Source: Acidimicrobiia bacterium
Lineage (GTDB): Bacteria > Actinomycetota > Acidimicrobiia > Spongiisociales > ZC4RG35
Assembly (NCBI GenBank): GCA_965215185.1
Contig: OZ244034.1
Coordinates: 160,001 to 224,000, forward strand
Direction: 5' to 3'
DNA: 64,000 bases
The notes under the pieces were generated by a model. That model ran no database searches and was not told where the DNA came from. It was given only the letters and a program-made list of their open reading frames with translations. Positions 60,895 to 64,000 of this stretch are shown here, one piece after another. Made by a program: the position numbers and the translations under genes. Positions within the stretch are counted from its first letter, which is position 1. The number at the start of each line of letters is the position of its first letter.

Positions 60895-62049
60895 ATGATT
60901 CGTGACCGCATTGCCGATCGGGGTGCCACCTGGCCACCTGCGGATCTCGCTTCCGAAATTGCCCGGCCCGGAACGATCCACCTTGAGGGACGCACCTACA
61001 TCGCGCTTGCCTTGAACGACTATCTAGGGCTGGCTTGCGATCCCAGGGTCATAGCTGCCGCACAGGTTGCCCTGGCGACCTTCGGCGCCGGAGCACGGGC
61101 ATCCCGCCACATCGGAGGGGACACGGCGGTGCACCGAGAACTCGAGGAGGAACTGGCAGACCTGAAGTCAGCCGAGTCATCGCTGCTGTACGGGTCCGGA
61201 TACGCCGCCAACCTGGGAGTTGTGTCTGCTCTGCCTGGACGGGGAGACACTGTGCTCAGCGATGAACTCAATCACGCCAGCATTGTGGACGGAGCACGCT
61301 TGAGCGGCGCCAAGATAGGGGTCTACCGGCACGGTGACACGGACGACCTGAGCCGCCAACTCGACCAGGCTTGCGGAGCAAGTTTGATCGTCACCGACAG
61401 CGTCTTTTCGATGAACGGCGACCTCGCTCCGGTGGATGAGATAGCCGACCTGGCTGATGCACATGACTCCGTACTGGTTTTGGACGACGCACATGCCACG
61501 GGCGTTTTGGGATCGGGTGGGAAAGGTTCGAGCGGCCACTACCGACGGGCAGACAGAGCCGACGTGATCATAGGAACACTGGGGAAGGCTTTGGGAAGTA
61601 TGGGGGCCTTCGCGACCGGGTCGGCAGAGGTGATCGGCTACCTCAGCGAGGTGTCCCGCACCTTCTTATTCACAACCGCTCCCTCTCCGGTAGCCGCGGC
61701 CGCCGCCTTGGAGGCGATAAGAATCATGCGGTCCGAGCCGCAGCGTTTGGACCGGTTGTGGGAGAATGCCGCCACGATCAACTCTTCATTATCACAACTG
61801 GGGTTTTCGGTGCCCGAAACGGTTGCTCCGATAACGCCCGTGATGATTCCCGATCCTGCCAAGGCCAAGATGGCCGAGAGGGTACTCACTGACCATGGCA
61901 TCTTCGTACGAGCCATCCTGCCGCCCTACGTTTCTCCAGAGACTTGTCGAATTCGTATCATCGCTTCGGCCGTACACAACGACCAACAGATGGAACGAAT
62001 ACTGACGGCCTTTGCGGACGTAGCAGGCCTGTTGAGTCTATCCAGCTAG
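60895..62049 (+). CDS. Alpha-oxoamine synthase family PLP enzyme (BioF/Kbl-like)
   Basis: NDYLGL, SGYAAN, SDELNHASIVDG, DSVFSMNGD, DDAHATG, GTLGKALG. Confidence 0.9.
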   Translation: MIRDRIADRGATWPPADLASEIARPGTIHLEGRTYIALALNDYLGLACDPRVIAAAQVALATFGAGARASRHIGGDTAVHRELEEELADLKSAESSLLYGSGYAANLGVVSALPGRGDTVLSDELNHASIVDGARLSGAKIGVYRHGDTDDLSRQLDQACGASLIVTDSVFSMNGDLAPVDEIADLADAHDSVLVLDDAHATGVLGSGGKGSSGHYRRADRADVIIGTLGKALGSMGAFATGSAEVIGYLSEVSRTFLFTTAPSPVAAAAALEAIRIMRSEPQRLDRLWENAATINSSLSQLGFSVPETVAPITPVMIPDPAKAKMAERVLTDHGIFVRAILPPYVSPETCRIRIIASAVHNDQQMERILTAFADVAGLLSLSS

Positions 62050-62058
62050 AGGGAAACG

Positions 62059-63171
62059 ATGAGCGAAACCACAAACCAAGCACCACCCGGGCAGGTCCAG
62101 ACCGTGCTGGGGATGGTGGATCCCAATCAACTGGGCCCAACCATGATGCATGAACACATCCTGATCGACGTCACGAGTATCTTCGAGCCTCCCCAGACAG
62201 CCAGCGCGAAGGCCCGAGCCTACGACTCGATACGGCTCGACAATCTCAGCTGGATCCGGCGGAACTACTTCCAGCATCATGGCAACCTCCTACTGGGAGA
62301 CATTCCGTCAGCTATTGATGAGATGCGCCTGTACAGAGAATGGGGGGGTGGTGCGGTCGTCGAGGTAACGACTCCGGGTGTTGGCCGGGACCCGGTTGGC
62401 TTGGCGCGGGTCTCACGGTCAAGCGGCGTACACATAATCATGTCCACCGGGTTCTACGTTGCCCATACGCATCCGTCCCACATACACAACAAGACCGAAG
62501 AGCAGTTGGCGGACATCATGAGGGCGGAGGTTTTGAACGGTGTCCAGTTCACTACTGAGGGTCATGATGACTGGCTGGAGAGGCGGGAGGAAACTTCAAT
62601 CAAGGCGGGAGTAATCAAGGTTGGATGTACCTGGCCGTTGGAAGAGCGTGAGAAACGTGTCCTGGCTGCCGCAGTTCAGGTACAAAAGGAGTGCGGTGTA
62701 GCGATCACCACCCATACGGGCCGAGATCAGGAATCCCCATTGGAGGTTGCCGAGTTCCTGGTCGACGCCGGCGCCGACATGAGTCGGGTGGTGATGGGAC
62801 ACGTTGGTCTGCGTGTACAGGACATGCGCATACTCTGGGAGTTGGCAGAGCTGGGATGCTATCTCCAATTCGATCTCTTCGGTACCGAGTCCTCGTTTTA
62901 TGGAGCGACACCCTTTGACATGCCCAGCGACGCGCAACGGCTGGACCGGATCGTGAAACTGCTAGAACGTGATATGGCTTCTCGTCTCCTCATTTCCCAA
63001 GACATCTGCACCAAACATCGGACCACCAAATACGGCGGGCACGGCTACTACCACATCCTCGAGAACGTGGTCCCATTCATGCGCAAGAAGGGGATATCAA
63101 ACGAAGTCATCAGACAGATCATCGTCGACAACCCCGCACGGCTACTAGCCCTACGCAAGCCCGACAAATAG
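62059..63171 (+). CDS. Phosphotriesterase-related protein (PTER-like)
   Basis: VQTVLG, HEH, GRDP, TGFYV, GCTWPL, DLFGTE, DMPSD, QDICTK, YGGHGY. Confidence 0.92.
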   Translation: MSETTNQAPPGQVQTVLGMVDPNQLGPTMMHEHILIDVTSIFEPPQTASAKARAYDSIRLDNLSWIRRNYFQHHGNLLLGDIPSAIDEMRLYREWGGGAVVEVTTPGVGRDPVGLARVSRSSGVHIIMSTGFYVAHTHPSHIHNKTEEQLADIMRAEVLNGVQFTTEGHDDWLERREETSIKAGVIKVGCTWPLEEREKRVLAAAVQVQKECGVAITTHTGRDQESPLEVAEFLVDAGADMSRVVMGHVGLRVQDMRILWELAELGCYLQFDLFGTESSFYGATPFDMPSDAQRLDRIVKLLERDMASRLLISQDICTKHRTTKYGGHGYYHILENVVPFMRKKGISNEVIRQIIVDNPARLLALRKPDK

Positions 63172-63359
63172 CCGGTTCTTTTGAAATGGGTGGGGACTGG
63201 GGGAGTAAAGCCCGTCGAATGCCAGTCACGGGCAGGTAGGTGTCATGCGGGTCGCCGGGAGCCATCGGTGCTGCAGAACAGCTGTAGGGGTCTATTCTGC
63301 CGTAGGGCGAGTGTCACTACCTAGTGGCATCATGGGGTCCACCGAAGGAAGGATTCAAA

Positions 63360-64000
63360 TTGGCTGTTGAAATGGCGATCTGGCGAATGACCGATGCCGG
63401 GCCGCGTAAGTTGGCGTTGTTGCCGCTTGATTTCGAGCGGCGTCTTGAGCACATGCTCGCTGAGGACCCCAGCATGAGTGGGATCGACCTGCTTGTCATT
63501 GGGAGACACAGACCGCGTATGGCGGCTATATAGATCTCCTGGCCCTCGATGTCGACGCGCGCGTCCATGTCCTCGAACTCAAGCGTGATCGCACCCCTCG
63601 AGACGTCGTCGCCCAAACGCTCGACTATGGGTCCTGGGTGCAGGGTCTAGGTCTCGAGGACCTCGAGCAGATCTACCTCGACCACCATGATGGCGAAACC
63701 GACCTCGGGGAGGCCTTCGCAGAGCGATTCGGCAGCCCTCTCCCGGATGTTGTCAATGCCGCTCAGCAGTTCACGATCCTCGCGTCAGAACTCGACCCGA
63801 CGTCTGATCGCATCGTCGAGTTCCTCGCGGAGTCCTACGGGGTGCCTATCAACGCCGTCTTCTTCCGCCACTTCCGCGACGAAGATCGTGACTACCTCGC
63901 TCGGACGTGGCTGCTCGATCCTCTGCCGACCGAAGGCACCGGCGGGGGACCATCGCGCCGCAAGAGTCGGCCGTGGAACGGCCGGGACTTCTACACCGTG
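63360..64000 (+). pseudogene. PD-(D/E)xK endonuclease (NucS/DUF91-like) gene with a frameshift, running off the window
   Basis: ERRLEHMLAEDPS...LLVIGR, a frame change near 63508, then QTAYGGYIDLLALD...VLELKRDRTPRDVVAQTLDY. Confidence 0.8.

Noticed and set aside
60895-62049. Naming this gene bioF
   Set aside because: No other biotin genes are nearby, and the family also includes Kbl and other alpha-oxoamine synthases

Overview
High-GC bacterial DNA, most likely an actinobacterium of the Acidimicrobiia type. This is inferred from lipoprotein substrate-binding proteins with Thr/Ala/Pro linkers, several LLM oxidoreductases and an actinobacterial-style NuoG. The window is almost all catabolic and central-metabolic genes. 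(1) 1-10 kb: a minus-strand operon with a SsuABC-like transporter, two LLM enzymes, two amidohydrolases, a PaaK-like CoA ligase and an AHL-lactonase-fold enzyme. (2) 10-24 kb: an N-heterocycle/pyrimidine degradation locus with an LLM enzyme, beta-ureidopropionase, dihydropyrimidinase, CoxDE-like chaperones, a non-CODH Mo-hydroxylase, an SDR and an aminotransferase, plus a partial second hydA/SDR copy. (3) 24-26 kb: eroded helicase and primase/origin remnants. (4) LysR-aceA, then FMO, acyl-CoA dehydrogenase, CitE-like and cyclase genes. (5) acnA, a SufR-like regulator, mrp and a stand-alone nuoEFG. (6) A YihU-like reductase, FGE, acyl-CoA synthetase and glpK. (7) 52-63 kb: a divergent cluster with a sugar-type ABC transporter, amidase, omega-aminotransferase, D-aminoacylase, alpha-oxoamine synthase and a protein resembling animal PTER. 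This is my best candidate for an undescribed pathway, possibly N-acyl-amine or N-acyl-taurine scavenging. Seven to eight disrupted genes suggest ongoing erosion. I saw no rRNA, tRNA, CRISPR array or intact transposase. All family calls come from motif recognition by eye; no database searches were run.
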